From contig CAVUKB010000004.1 in the NCBI GenBank assembly GCA_963741955.1, forward strand, positions 480,001-544,000: a stretch of 64,000 bases of DNA. The letters run 5' to 3'. A model generated the notes under the pieces. That model did no database searches and was not told the origin of the DNA. It was given only the letters and a program-made list of their open reading frames with translations. The position numbers and the translations under genes are program-made. This DNA comes from an uncultured Acidobacteriota bacterium. Lineage in GTDB: Bacteria > Acidobacteriota > Thermoanaerobaculia > Gp7-AA8. Shown here one piece after another: positions 1 to 10,068 of this stretch; positions within the stretch are counted from its first letter, which is position 1; every line of letters begins with the position of its first letter.

Positions 1-241
1 TGGACGGCCGAACGTAGAAGTTCGTCTCGATCCCGATGCGACGGAGAAAGTCGGGGACGGTCTCTTCGGCCGACGCGTTCTCGATGATCTGCAGGTCACC
101 GATGAATCGGGCGCCGACGTCGGGCTTCGCCTCGTGCACCTCCACCATACGGTCCGCGCGGGCGAGCGTGATCGCGGCAGCCAATCCGGACGGGCCGGCG
201 CCGGCGATGCGAATCGGTGGTGTGTTCCCGGTCTGTGTCAC
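1..241 (-). CDS. FAD-dependent oxidoreductase, N-terminal part (runs off window)
   Basis: Hand translation from GTG at 241: MTQTGNTPPIRIAGAGPSGLAAAITLARADRMVEVHEAK..., with a Rossmann GxGxxG motif; not in the ORF track. Confidence 0.75.
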   Translation of the reverse strand, partial: MTQTGNTPPIRIAGAGPSGLAAAITLARADRMVEVHEAKPDVGARFIGDLQIIENASAEETVPDFLRRIGIETNFYVRPS

Positions 242-326
242 GTCCGTCGATTCCGCGTATCATTCCGCAGCAACCGCTGCGATCAACCGGGGTGTGTGGG
301 TCCGAATTCCGCAGAGCAGGGGAGGA

Positions 327-2033
327 ATGAGTATCGAACCAGCCGACCAGAAGGAGCGGGAGGAGGAACCGGGCCGGCGCGTAGACCGCCACGGCGGACA
401 CGGGGCAGGATACGCCATCCTCGTGGCGCTCGGGATCTTCCTCAGCCGCGTCGCCGGACTGATCCGCCAGCGGGTCTTCGCTCACTACTTCGGCAAGTCG
501 ATGGCCGCCGGCATCTTCCAGGCCGGGCTGCGGATTCCGAATTTTCTGCAGAATCTTTTCGGCGAGGGAGTTCTCTCCGCGGCATTCATCCCGGTCTACT
601 CGCGGCTCCTCGCGGAGGGTGACGAAGAGACGGCGGGACGGGTGGCGGGTGCGGTGGCGGCGCTCCTGGCCCTGATCATCTCCGTGATCGTGCTGATCGC
701 AGTTCTGACTACGCCGTGGATCGTCAATTTGATCGTGCCCGGGTTCGAAGGGGTGGCACGTGACCTCACCATTCGGGTGGTGCGGATCCTCTTTCCGGGT
801 GTGGGACTGCTGGTGCTGAGTGCGTGGTGTCTCGGAGTGCTGAACAGCCACCGGAAGTTCTTCCTCTCCTACGTCGCACCGGTGCTCTGGAATGCGGCGA
901 TGATCACGACCATGATCGCACTCGGCGGCGCGCTCCGTCAGGCCGATCTGGCCGTCGCACTGGCGTGGGGGACGGTCGTGGGGTCAGGACTCCAGTTCGG
1001 GGTCCAGCTGCCATTCGTCTTCCGTTACGCTCCGAAACTCCACTTTCGCCTCGACACGCTTCTCCGGCCGGTGAGGACGGTGATCCGGAATACCGGTCCG
1101 GTCATCCTCAGCCGAGGCGTGGTCCAGATCAGCGCGTACGTCGACCAGGTCATCGCGAGTTATCTTCAAAATGGTCCGGGAGCGGTGGCGATCCTCGGAT
1201 ACGCGCAGACGCTCTATCTCCTCCCGATCAGCCTGTTCGGAATGTCGGTCGCGGCCGCGGAGCTGCCCCAGATGTCGAGCGCTGTGGGCACGCCGGAGGA
1301 AGTCGCCGAAGCTCTCAGGCGACGTCTCTCTGCCGGGGTGCGTCAGATCGCGTTCTTCGTCATCCCGACCGTGGTCGGGTTTCTCCTGGTCGGTCGCGCG
1401 CTCGTCGCAGCGCTCTACCAGACCGGCCACTTCGGCGGCGCCGACAGCGTCTATGTCTGGTACGTGCTGGCGGGATCGACCATCGGGCTTCTCGCGGTCA
1501 CCCGGGGTCGTCTCTACAATTCGGCGTTCTACGCTCTGCACGACACGAAAACGCCTCTCTGGTTCGCGATGATCCGGGTCACGCTGACTGCGCTGCTCGG
1601 ATTTCTCTTCGCCTTCCCGCTCCGGCCGGTGGTCGCGTGGGTCATCGTCACTCTGCTCCACCTTCCCGCGCCTCGTGCGGTCGATGCAGCGATGGTCTTC
1701 GGGACGGCAGGGCTGACCGCGTCCGCGGGGATGTCGGGATGGCTCGAATACCTCCTGCTCAGGAGAGCGATGCAGAGGAGGATCGGCCGAGTGACCGTCG
1801 CGCTGAAGTACCACCTCAAACTGTGGGGAAGCGCTCTGATTGCGGGAGCTGCGTCGCTGGCGGCATACGTCACGGTCATGCCGCGGCTCTCGGCCGTCCT
1901 TCCATCGAACCTCGCTCCAGTGGCCGCGGGTGCAGCGGTGCTCGCGGTCTTCGCGGTCATTTACCTTCCGGGAACCTGGCTGCTCGGAGTCGAAGAGTCG
2001 TCGAGGCTCGTGAAACGGCTGAGGCGAGGGTAG
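327..2033 (+). CDS. murJ: Lipid II flippase MurJ (MviN)
   Basis: LSRVAGLIRQ, RIPNFLQNLFGEG.LSAAFIP and FYALHDTKTP motifs; many TM helices; GGAGG before ATG 327. Confidence 0.93.
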   Translation: MSIEPADQKEREEEPGRRVDRHGGHGAGYAILVALGIFLSRVAGLIRQRVFAHYFGKSMAAGIFQAGLRIPNFLQNLFGEGVLSAAFIPVYSRLLAEGDEETAGRVAGAVAALLALIISVIVLIAVLTTPWIVNLIVPGFEGVARDLTIRVVRILFPGVGLLVLSAWCLGVLNSHRKFFLSYVAPVLWNAAMITTMIALGGALRQADLAVALAWGTVVGSGLQFGVQLPFVFRYAPKLHFRLDTLLRPVRTVIRNTGPVILSRGVVQISAYVDQVIASYLQNGPGAVAILGYAQTLYLLPISLFGMSVAAAELPQMSSAVGTPEEVAEALRRRLSAGVRQIAFFVIPTVVGFLLVGRALVAALYQTGHFGGADSVYVWYVLAGSTIGLLAVTRGRLYNSAFYALHDTKTPLWFAMIRVTLTALLGFLFAFPLRPVVAWVIVTLLHLPAPRAVDAAMVFGTAGLTASAGMSGWLEYLLLRRAMQRRIGRVTVALKYHLKLWGSALIAGAASLAAYVTVMPRLSAVLPSNLAPVAAGAAVLAVFAVIYLPGTWLLGVEESSRLVKRLRRG

Positions 2034-2059
2034 TCCGGGGGGATCGCGCAACCCTCGCC

Positions 2060-2106
2060 CAGGCCGCTATCCGTCTCCGCAGCAGAGACGGTGTGAGAAA
2101 TGCGGG
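2060..2106. mobile_element. Right-end fragment of MITE-like family B
   Basis: caggccgctatccgtctccgcagcagagacggtgtgagaaatgcggg matches the right end of the full copies at 36616 and 53408; followed by CTAG. Confidence 0.85.
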
Positions 2107-2110
2107 CTAG

Positions 2111-2269
2111 GAGTCTGCGCGGTAGAAACTGTCCTACTGCGAAAGCGGATCAACGGTCCAAATCCACCCGGATTTTCGGCGAGTAGCCACCGCTACGCAC
2201 CTCAAATCCGAACGAATTTGGCCTCGTTGCTCCGCTTTCTCGCTACGGACGTTTCTATCGCGCAGACTC
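2111..2269. mobile_element. MITE-like family A, copy 1 (159 bp)
   Basis: Terminal inverted repeats GAGTCTGCGCGGTAGAAAC / GTTTCTATCGCGCAGACTC; CTAG on both sides (2107-2110, 2270-2273). Confidence 0.88.
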
Positions 2270-2273
2270 CTAG

Positions 2274-2432
2274 GAGTCTGCGCGGTAGAAACTGTCCTAC
2301 TGCGAAAGCGGAGCAGCGGTCCAAATCCGCCCGGATTTTCGGCGAGTAGCCACCGCTACGCACCTCAAATCCGAACGAATTTGGCCTCGCTGCTCCGCTT
2401 GCTCGCTACGGACGTTTCTACCGCGCAGATTC
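2274..2432. mobile_element. MITE-like family A, copy 2 (159 bp, tandem with copy 1)
   Basis: Near-identical to copy 1; shares the CTAG at 2270-2273; followed by CGAG. Confidence 0.88.
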
Positions 2433-2445
2433 CGAGCGCTTCTCT

Positions 2446-5142
2446 TTACTCCTTCACGACGCGGAACCCGATGTACTCCGGCGCGGTGGTCGGCTCTCCT
2501 TCCCTCCCGTCGAACGGACGATCCGCGGAAGCGCCCATCGCTTTGCCACTCCCATCCGGCATTACCACCCATTCGGCCGCGTTGCCATCGAGATCGAACA
2601 CGGGATCGTCTCCGGAACCCTTGAAGCTTCCGACCGGTTTGAGGAGAACCGTTCCGCTGCCGAGCTTCGCAATCTCGGGAGCCAGCCTCGCCGCGTCGTC
2701 GGGATTGACTGCGTATCCGGCCCAGTAGTCGAGAGTGTTCCCGTGCCCATCTCCGTCGTAAAGCTTCGTCGCTTCCTCCTGGTTCGGAAGGCGGTAATGC
2801 TCACCGCTCTTCTGCGACAGCCATGCGCAATACGCGATTGCCTTCTCGAGCGGAACTCCGGTGACCGGATAGTTCTCCGTTCCGGTGGCGACGGCGTAAC
2901 TCGGATCGAAGCGGGCGTACTCTGCCCGGGTCACCTCGAACCGTCCGACCTGCACTCCGTGATGCTTCACCACCTGGGGCGCGCGTACGCCGTCGCGGTC
3001 GACTCCCGGGGCGTTCGGTGAGCTCCCGGCGTGCAGCCGCAGCGCGACGTCGAGAGGTGAGCCGGGCTGCAGCGCCTCGTTCTTCACGTCTGGGTCGTTG
3101 AAGAGGTACTTGTCGAACCACGCCAGCTCTTCGACCAGCTTCCGGTGCTGATGAGTGAGCTTGCTGGGGCCATGACCTTCGCCGGGAAAGAGGACGAAGC
3201 GGACGTCCGTCTTGCCGAGTTGCTGGAGTGCCCGGTAATGCATCCACCCCTGCTGCGTCGGAACCTTGCGGTCTTCGGTCCCGAAGAAGATCAGGGTCGG
3301 AGTGGTGACGCGGTCGAGGTGGTAGAACGGCGACTTCGACATGTAGAGCTGAGGATCTTCCAGCGGTGATTTGCCGAAGTAGTAGTTGTCGAACGACGCG
3401 CCGAACTCGCAATTGCCCCAGTCGCTCGCCCAGTCGACGTCCCCCGCTCCGGAGGAGGCGACTTTGTATCGATTCGTGGCGACGGTGAGGGCGGTGGTGA
3501 GGATGCCGCCGTTCGACCATCCCATCACCCCGAGCTGGTTCGGGTCGACCAGACCCTTCGCGATCACGGCATCCACTCCCGATTCGATGTCGGGGATCTC
3601 GAGCTCGTAGTACTTCCCACCGGAGATCGATTCGGCCCAGTCGAGTCCATATCCGGAACTGCCGTGGTAGTTGACCTTCAGAACGAACGCACCCCGTTCG
3701 GTCATCAGCATCGCGGGATACGCCCATCGTTCCTGCCAGGCGTCGAGGTCGACGCCGGTGGGACCACCGTGGATCATCACCACCAGAGGCGACTTCGTTC
3801 CCTTCTTCCAGTCCATGGGGTAGTAGAGGAGTCCTTCGACCTGGTCTCCTCCCGCCCCTTTCCAGTGCACCGTCTCGACGCGAGGCTTCGGTTTGTCCTT
3901 GAACGAAGGGTTCAACTTGGTGATCTGAAGAGGTGCGCCGAGGGTGTTTCCGTCCAGCGACGCGCGAAACCACTGGTCGGGCGTATTCGCGGTGCTGTAG
4001 TGATAGACCACCGACTTCCCGTCCCGGGCAGCTTCGATGCCGAAGATGTGACCGGCGTTCGGTCCTTCGACGAGGAAGCGCTCCCATTCACCGCGGCTCC
4101 GCTTCATCAGAGCGAGCTTGTTGGTGACGCCGTCGGCGAGAAGGGCGAGGAATCCATCCGGAACCACTGCGATGTCTTCGGCCAGCCCCTTGTCCCATGC
4201 CGTGTAGATCTTCTGTGGTCCTTCGCCTCCGACGGTGTATTCGTACACCTCGGTGATCGTGGCGTTCACGTATCGGGGATCGCGGGTGGTTTCGCTGGTC
4301 ACGTAGAACCGGTGGTCATTGGCCCAGTGAATCGAGCGGACGTTGTAGAGCGGCTCGGCGAAGATCGGCGTGCTGGTGCGGCTGGTCAGATCCCACAAAC
4401 GCACCGCGGGCTTTACTTTCTGATCATAGACGTAGTGGAGGCTGCGGTCGTGGATGGTGACCGCCCAGCGGCCGTCGGGTGACACCGCGACCGAACCGAT
4501 CCGGTCCTGATTGTTGGTCAACCTCTCGACCTTCTTCTCTTTCACCCCGATTCGAAAGAGCCGGACCGGCGGTTCGTGAATCTCATCGTCCACCACGCGG
4601 GAAGAGTCCTTCCGCTTTTTCGTCTCCTGCTCGTAGCGGGAGGGTTCTTCCTTTGCCGTGAAGACGAGATTGTCCGGTCCGGCCCAGGAGAGCTCTTCGA
4701 CGTCACGATCGGACTTCGTGAGCTGCCACGGTTCGCCTCCGTTCGGGTCGATCAGCCAGATCTGGCGCTTCGGTTCCTTGGAATCGTCACCCGCCGAAGA
4801 ATCCGAGCGGCGGGAGACGAACGCGATCAGCTTTCCATCCGGAGCCCATTTCGGGTCGGATGCCCCTTCCGGACCACGGGTCAGCTCGATGCTGCTGCCG
4901 TCCGCGAGACGAGTGAGCACGAGGTTGTCCACTCGGCGATCCTTTTTCTCATCGGCAGTATTGCGAACCCAGACCACTCGGTCGCCGAGCGGCGAGATCT
5001 CGAACGACCGTCCCTGCTGGGCAAGGATCAGATCGCTTGGTTTCCAGGAGAAATCCCGCGCGGAAGCAGATTCGGTGAATCCGGCAGCGGCGGCGACGGC
5101 GAGAAGAGAGGCGAGAGAGAGAAGCGCAAAGCCGCGTTTCAT
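2446..5142 (-). CDS. Secreted S9 prolyl oligopeptidase-family protein with C-terminal FGE/sulfatase-modifying-factor-like domain
   Basis: Signal peptide; beta-propeller repeats; IHGGP, GWSNGG (Ser), EDRKV (Asp), EGHG (His); C-terminal FEVT..EY, YRLP, DLDGNAAEW, GFRV. Confidence 0.85.
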   Translation of the reverse strand: MKRGFALLSLASLLAVAAAAGFTESASARDFSWKPSDLILAQQGRSFEISPLGDRVVWVRNTADEKKDRRVDNLVLTRLADGSSIELTRGPEGASDPKWAPDGKLIAFVSRRSDSSAGDDSKEPKRQIWLIDPNGGEPWQLTKSDRDVEELSWAGPDNLVFTAKEEPSRYEQETKKRKDSSRVVDDEIHEPPVRLFRIGVKEKKVERLTNNQDRIGSVAVSPDGRWAVTIHDRSLHYVYDQKVKPAVRLWDLTSRTSTPIFAEPLYNVRSIHWANDHRFYVTSETTRDPRYVNATITEVYEYTVGGEGPQKIYTAWDKGLAEDIAVVPDGFLALLADGVTNKLALMKRSRGEWERFLVEGPNAGHIFGIEAARDGKSVVYHYSTANTPDQWFRASLDGNTLGAPLQITKLNPSFKDKPKPRVETVHWKGAGGDQVEGLLYYPMDWKKGTKSPLVVMIHGGPTGVDLDAWQERWAYPAMLMTERGAFVLKVNYHGSSGYGLDWAESISGGKYYELEIPDIESGVDAVIAKGLVDPNQLGVMGWSNGGILTTALTVATNRYKVASSGAGDVDWASDWGNCEFGASFDNYYFGKSPLEDPQLYMSKSPFYHLDRVTTPTLIFFGTEDRKVPTQQGWMHYRALQQLGKTDVRFVLFPGEGHGPSKLTHQHRKLVEELAWFDKYLFNDPDVKNEALQPGSPLDVALRLHAGSSPNAPGVDRDGVRAPQVVKHHGVQVGRFEVTRAEYARFDPSYAVATGTENYPVTGVPLEKAIAYCAWLSQKSGEHYRLPNQEEATKLYDGDGHGNTLDYWAGYAVNPDDAARLAPEIAKLGSGTVLLKPVGSFKGSGDDPVFDLDGNAAEWVVMPDGSGKAMGASADRPFDGREGEPTTAPEYIGFRVVKE

Positions 5143-5329
5143 GAAGGCTCCTTGGACGGCGTGGTGGTGCGAGGGCCGCCGGCCGATTGTACGGGAGGAA
5201 CTGCCGGGGAGAAAACCGGAGGTCCTCGGATGCGAACCTGGCATCGCTCTTTCTTGTTAACATGCCGTGGTCTTGAGCGAAGGAGTCGAAAAGCCGGTCA
5301 TGGGACCTTCCGGGGGGGAGGTCCTCGGC

Positions 5330-6349
5330 ATGCATCGGGAGGCGGCGGGCGAGCCGCTGCTGGAGATCCGCGACCTCACCACGGCTTTTTACTCGGAACG
5401 CGGCGCCGCCCGCGCAGTCGACCGCATTTCTTTTGCTCTTCCGAAAGGTGAGGCGACCGCGCTGGTCGGGGAATCGGGGTCGGGAAAGAGCGTGACGGCG
5501 CTCTCGATCATGCGCCTGATCTCTCCCCCGGGGAAGATTCTGTCGGGGGAGATCCTCTTCCGCGGTGACGATCTCCTGAAGCTTCCCGAGTCGGAAATGC
5601 GGCGGCGCCGCGGAAACGACATCGCGATGATTTTCCAGGAGCCGATGACTTCCCTCAATCCGGTCTTCCGAGTCGGCTATCAGATCGCCGAAGCGATCCG
5701 GCTCCACCGTGACGTCAGCAAGAAAGAGGCGAAGGAGCAGGCCGCGGCGATGCTCGAGCTGGTGGCCATTCCCGATCCGCACAAGCGTCTCGACGACTAT
5801 CCCCATCAGATGTCCGGCGGGATGCGGCAGAGGGTGATGATCGCGATGGCTCTCGCCTGCGAGCCGGAGCTGCTGATCGCGGACGAGCCGACTACGGCAC
5901 TCGACGTCACGATCCAGGCGCAGATCATGGAGATCCTCGCCAACCTTCAGGAGAAGCTCGGGCTCACGGTTCTGCTCATCACCCACGATCTCGGCGTCGT
6001 CGCGGAGTTCTGCCATCGGGTGGTGGTCATGTACACCGGGCGAGTGGTCGAAGAAGCATCGGTCCGGGAGCTCTTTGCCGACCCGAGACATCCGTACACC
6101 CGAGGACTTCTCGGCTCGCTCCCTTCGCTCGACGAGTCAGGATCTCCGGAGAAGAGGCTTCCGGCCATCCCGGGAATGGTTCCGGGGATCGGGAATCTTC
6201 CTCGGGGGTGCAAGTTCAACACGCGTTGCCAGGACGTGATGCCGGTCTGCTATGGACTCGAGCCGGCGCGCATCGTCGTCGGAGAGGACCACGACGCGCG
6301 CTGTTATCTCTACGGGGAAGAGGCCGATCCCGAGAGGGTGGAGGATTGA
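5330..6349 (+). CDS. oppD: Oligopeptide/dipeptide ABC transporter ATP-binding subunit
   Basis: [31 protein letters not shown] and C-terminal Cys domain; GGAGG before ATG 5330 (start could be 5267 or 5300). Confidence 0.9.
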   Translation: MHREAAGEPLLEIRDLTTAFYSERGAARAVDRISFALPKGEATALVGESGSGKSVTALSIMRLISPPGKILSGEILFRGDDLLKLPESEMRRRRGNDIAMIFQEPMTSLNPVFRVGYQIAEAIRLHRDVSKKEAKEQAAAMLELVAIPDPHKRLDDYPHQMSGGMRQRVMIAMALACEPELLIADEPTTALDVTIQAQIMEILANLQEKLGLTVLLITHDLGVVAEFCHRVVVMYTGRVVEEASVRELFADPRHPYTRGLLGSLPSLDESGSPEKRLPAIPGMVPGIGNLPRGCKFNTRCQDVMPVCYGLEPARIVVGEDHDARCYLYGEEADPERVED

Positions 6350-7410
6350 TGCTCGCGTCCCGTGCCCCTGAACTTTCGAATCCGGAGCCGACTCCGGTCA
6401 TTCCCAGAGGAGATGGCGAGACACTCCTTGAACTGGCGGGTCTGGCGAAGTACTTCCCGGTCAAGCGAGGGCTCCTCGCGTCGACGGTCGCGGAAGTGAA
6501 AGCCGTCGACGGGATCAGCTTTGCAGTCTCCCGTGGCGAGACGGTCGGACTGGTCGGTGAATCGGGTTCCGGAAAGACCACAGTCGGACGCTGCATCCTT
6601 CGACTGATCGAGCCGACCGCGGGAAGCATGAAGTACGGCGACATCGATCTTCTCTCGCTCGATTCGAATGCGATGCGGCGGATGCGGCGGCGGATGCAGA
6701 TCGTTTTTCAGGATCCGTACGGTTCGCTGAATCCGCGGATGCGGATCGGTCCCATCGTCGAGGAGCCTCTGATCATTCACACCGGGGCGGGGAGTGCGGA
6801 GCGGAAGCGGCGCGTCGCGGAGCTCCTCGAGCGGGTGGGGCTCGATCCGAGCTACGGCCGCCGGTACCCGCACGAGTTTTCCGGTGGGCAACGGCAGCGG
6901 ATCGGGATCGCGCGGGCCATCGCCACGAACCCCGAGTTCCTGGTACTCGACGAGCCGGTCTCGGCGCTCGACGTCTCGATCCAGGCCCAGGTGATCAATC
7001 TGCTCCAGGATCTGCAGCGCGATCTCGGCCTGACGTATCTGTTCATCGCTCACGATCTGGCGGTGGTGCGGCACATCTCGCATCGCGTCGCGGTGATGTA
7101 CCTGGGGAAATTGATGGAGCTCTCGAGCCGGGACGATCTGTACCAGGATCCCCTCCATCCGTATACCAGGGCGCTTCTTTCCGCCGTGCCGGTACCGAAG
7201 CCCGAATCGCACAAGAAGCGGGTGATCCTCTCCGGCGACGTGCCGACCCCGATCAACCCTCCGACCGGTTGCGTCTTTCACACCCGTTGCCCGATCGCGC
7301 AGTTCCCCATCTGTTCGGCCGAAGTTCCACCGCTGATCGAGCACAAGCCGCGACACTTCGCCGCCTGTCACTTTGCCGGAGAACCGATACCCGAATCCGG
7401 CAAGTCCTGA
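6349..7410 (+). CDS. oppF: Oligopeptide/dipeptide ABC transporter ATP-binding subunit
   Basis: [31 protein letters not shown]; TGATG coupling to oppD. Confidence 0.9.
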   Translation: MLASRAPELSNPEPTPVIPRGDGETLLELAGLAKYFPVKRGLLASTVAEVKAVDGISFAVSRGETVGLVGESGSGKTTVGRCILRLIEPTAGSMKYGDIDLLSLDSNAMRRMRRRMQIVFQDPYGSLNPRMRIGPIVEEPLIIHTGAGSAERKRRVAELLERVGLDPSYGRRYPHEFSGGQRQRIGIARAIATNPEFLVLDEPVSALDVSIQAQVINLLQDLQRDLGLTYLFIAHDLAVVRHISHRVAVMYLGKLMELSSRDDLYQDPLHPYTRALLSAVPVPKPESHKKRVILSGDVPTPINPPTGCVFHTRCPIAQFPICSAEVPPLIEHKPRHFAACHFAGEPIPESGKS

Positions 7411-7601
7411 CCGGCGAGCTGATGGAGCGTGACCGGCCGCATGAAACCGGCCAGTAAACTTCCCGTCAGGCGGCCAACTGAGCAAGTCCAAGTGCGTCAT
7501 TCTCCGATAGAATGTCGCGTCTTCCGGCGCCGGATCGCCCGTTTCTGATCGTTTACGAAACTCTTCGCGTCGTGATCCGTACACAGCCGTGACGAGGAGG
7601 A

Positions 7602-9317
7602 ATGCGCATGAAGTTTCTCATCCGCTGCTTGATCATCACCTGCCTGACGGCTCTTCCGGCCTTCGCCCAGGAGCCTGGGACGACGACGTCGAGTGGCGCA
7701 GCTCAGCCGGAGCGTGTGCAGACGCCACAGACCTCCGTCACCACACAGGCCCCGCCGAGCGCCACGCAGGACGTGGAGAATCCCAACGCGATGAAGCTGT
7801 CGCTCGAGGACGCGATCCACGCTGCGGTCGAGCAGAACCTGCAGGTCCAGCTCCAGAGCTACGACTATCGGATCATCGGTCAGGATCTCCGGGCGAGCCA
7901 TGGGATCTTCGACTGGTTCACCGACGCGACGATCTCCAAGAGCAGCTCGAAGCAGCCGGTCGTCTCGGCTCTCTCTGCATCGCAGAGCAGTTCCCTGAGA
8001 GCCGATTTCGGTGTGCAGCAGTTGATTCCCACCGGCGGGACGTACCAGCTCTCGTTCAACAATTCCCGTTCGTCGAGCAATAACCAGTTCACGTTCTTCA
8101 ATCCGTACTATCAATCGAGTCTCGGGCTGGGCCTGACCCAACCGCTGCTCAGGAACTTCGGTGTCGACGTCACCGAGCGCGGGATCTTCATCGCCCGGAA
8201 CAATCTCGGGATCAGCCGCGAGCAGTTCCGCGGAGCGATGATCAATGCGGTGCAGGCCGTCGAACAGTCGTACCTCGACCTCGCGTTCGCACGGCAGAAC
8301 CTGCAGGTGAAAGAGCAGTCGCTCGCGCTCGCGCAGGATCAGGCGCGGATCACCCAGATCCGTATCGACGTCGGCGCCGCGGCGCCGCTGGACATCCTCG
8401 AGCCTCGAGTCGCGATCTACACCCGGCAGGAAGAAGTGATCGCCGCGCAGGCACAGGTCCGTGCAGCCGAGGACCGGCTACGGCAGCTGATGAACGTTCC
8501 GCCGTCCGACTGGGACCGGCCGATCGTCACCACCGATCCCGTCGAGTACCAGCCCATCGACATCGACGTCGATCAGGCGGTGCAGAAGGCGATGCAGCAG
8601 CGACCGGAGATCGAGCAGGCGTCGCTCGCCACTCAGAATCAGAAGGTGCAGTACACGTACGCGAGGAACCAGGTCCTTCCGAAACTCGACCTCAACGTGA
8701 ACTACGGCTTCTCGGGTGTCGGTCCGGAGCCGATTCGCGACCCTGTAACCGGCGACATCGTCGGAACAAAGGGGGGATACAGCACGGCATTCAACCAGGT
8801 CACCGGGTTCGACTATCCGGGATGGACGGTCGGTGTGAACATCGGCGTGCCGGTGATGAACATTCAGGCAAGGGCGGAAGCGAAGCGTGCGGGCCTGGAA
8901 CTCGACAAGTCGAAGACCACCGAGGCGCAGACGAAGCAGACCGTTGCAATCCAGGTCCGGACGACGGTCCGCGACATCCACACTGCAGCGCAGCAGATCG
9001 AAGCGGCGAAAGCGGCACGTGAAGCCGCGGAGCAGAACCTGGAAGCGGAGCGGAAAAAGTACGAGAACGGTCTGAGCACGAACTTCGACGTCCTTCGCGT
9101 ACAGAATGACCTTTCCAATGCGCGCAGCAGCGAGCTGCAGGCACTGGTCTCTTATGAGAAGTCCCTCGCCGCGTACCATCAGGCGATCGGCGATCTGCTG
9201 GAGTCGCAGAACATCGTGATCCAGGAGCCGGAGAAGTTCTCGACCGGCCCGAGCCGACTTGAAACGATGCGCTGGCTGCAATACGGTACGTATTCAGGTA
9301 CCGACGAAAAAAAGTGA
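7602..9317 (+). CDS. TolC-family outer membrane efflux protein
   Basis: Signal peptide; LSLEDAI..A...N, LTQPLLRNFG, LPKLDL, YENGLST.FDVL pattern. Confidence 0.88.
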   Translation: MRMKFLIRCLIITCLTALPAFAQEPGTTTSSGAAQPERVQTPQTSVTTQAPPSATQDVENPNAMKLSLEDAIHAAVEQNLQVQLQSYDYRIIGQDLRASHGIFDWFTDATISKSSSKQPVVSALSASQSSSLRADFGVQQLIPTGGTYQLSFNNSRSSSNNQFTFFNPYYQSSLGLGLTQPLLRNFGVDVTERGIFIARNNLGISREQFRGAMINAVQAVEQSYLDLAFARQNLQVKEQSLALAQDQARITQIRIDVGAAAPLDILEPRVAIYTRQEEVIAAQAQVRAAEDRLRQLMNVPPSDWDRPIVTTDPVEYQPIDIDVDQAVQKAMQQRPEIEQASLATQNQKVQYTYARNQVLPKLDLNVNYGFSGVGPEPIRDPVTGDIVGTKGGYSTAFNQVTGFDYPGWTVGVNIGVPVMNIQARAEAKRAGLELDKSKTTEAQTKQTVAIQVRTTVRDIHTAAQQIEAAKAAREAAEQNLEAERKKYENGLSTNFDVLRVQNDLSNARSSELQALVSYEKSLAAYHQAIGDLLESQNIVIQEPEKFSTGPSRLETMRWLQYGTYSGTDEKK

Positions 9318-9324
9318 GAATGCG

Positions 9325-10068
9325 ATGAATGAATTTGTGGAGCCCCAGGGGCCTCCCGTTCCGGCCCCGAAGCCGAATCCCTTCGAGCGGTTGTTCGGAG
9401 TCCTCTTTTCTCCGGGCGAGGCGATGGCGAGTATCGCCTCGAAGCCGACCTGGTTGATTCCGATGGTCGTTCTGATCCTCGTGTCGGTCGGTACGTCGAT
9501 CGTGGTCAAGCCCCACATCGACATCGAGTCGGCGATGCGCAAGCAGTTCGAAGAGCGCAACGTGCCGCAGGATCAACAGGAGACCGCGATTGCGGTCGCC
9601 ACGACGATGCAGAAGGTCTCGGTCTACCTGTCGGTGGTCTGGGTCCCGGTCTCGATCCTGATCGTCGCCGCAGTGTTTCTCCTGGTCTTCAAGACCTTCG
9701 GAGGGACGGGGACGTTCGGCCAGTTCTTTGGAGTGACTGTCTGGGCCTGGATTCCGGCGGCGCTGAAATGGATCCTCTTCGCGGGCATTCTATCGACGAA
9801 AGGGATGGTGGATCCGACACAGATCCCGGTGATGATCAAGTCGAGTCTCGCGTTTCTCTCCTCCCCGTCGCATCCGATGATGTTCGCGTTTCTTTCCTCG
9901 ATCGACATCTTCGCGCTGTGGACTCTTGCGCTTCTGGTGCTCGGCTATGCCGCGAGCTCGAAGTTCTCGCGGACGAAGAGCGCGGTCCTGGTGTTCAGTG
10001 TGTGGGCCATCGTGATCCTCGGTAAAGTCGGCCTCGCATCGCTGCAGACCCTTGGAGGAAAGGTTTGA
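9325..10068 (+). CDS. Yip1-family membrane protein (YknW-like)
   Basis: GVLFSPGEA, multiple TM helices, IDIFALW; lies in the efflux operon. Confidence 0.75.
   Translation: MNEFVEPQGPPVPAPKPNPFERLFGVLFSPGEAMASIASKPTWLIPMVVLILVSVGTSIVVKPHIDIESAMRKQFEERNVPQDQQETAIAVATTMQKVSVYLSVVWVPVSILIVAAVFLLVFKTFGGTGTFGQFFGVTVWAWIPAALKWILFAGILSTKGMVDPTQIPVMIKSSLAFLSSPSHPMMFAFLSSIDIFALWTLALLVLGYAASSKFSRTKSAVLVFSVWAIVILGKVGLASLQTLGGKV

Noticed and set aside
2107-2436. Possible CRISPR or tRNA-like repeats
   Set aside because: The units are 159-bp elements with terminal inverted repeats, no spacers and no cloverleaf.
5330-7410. oppDF without oppABC as a novel system
   Set aside because: Split opp loci are common; the permeases are probably elsewhere in the genome.
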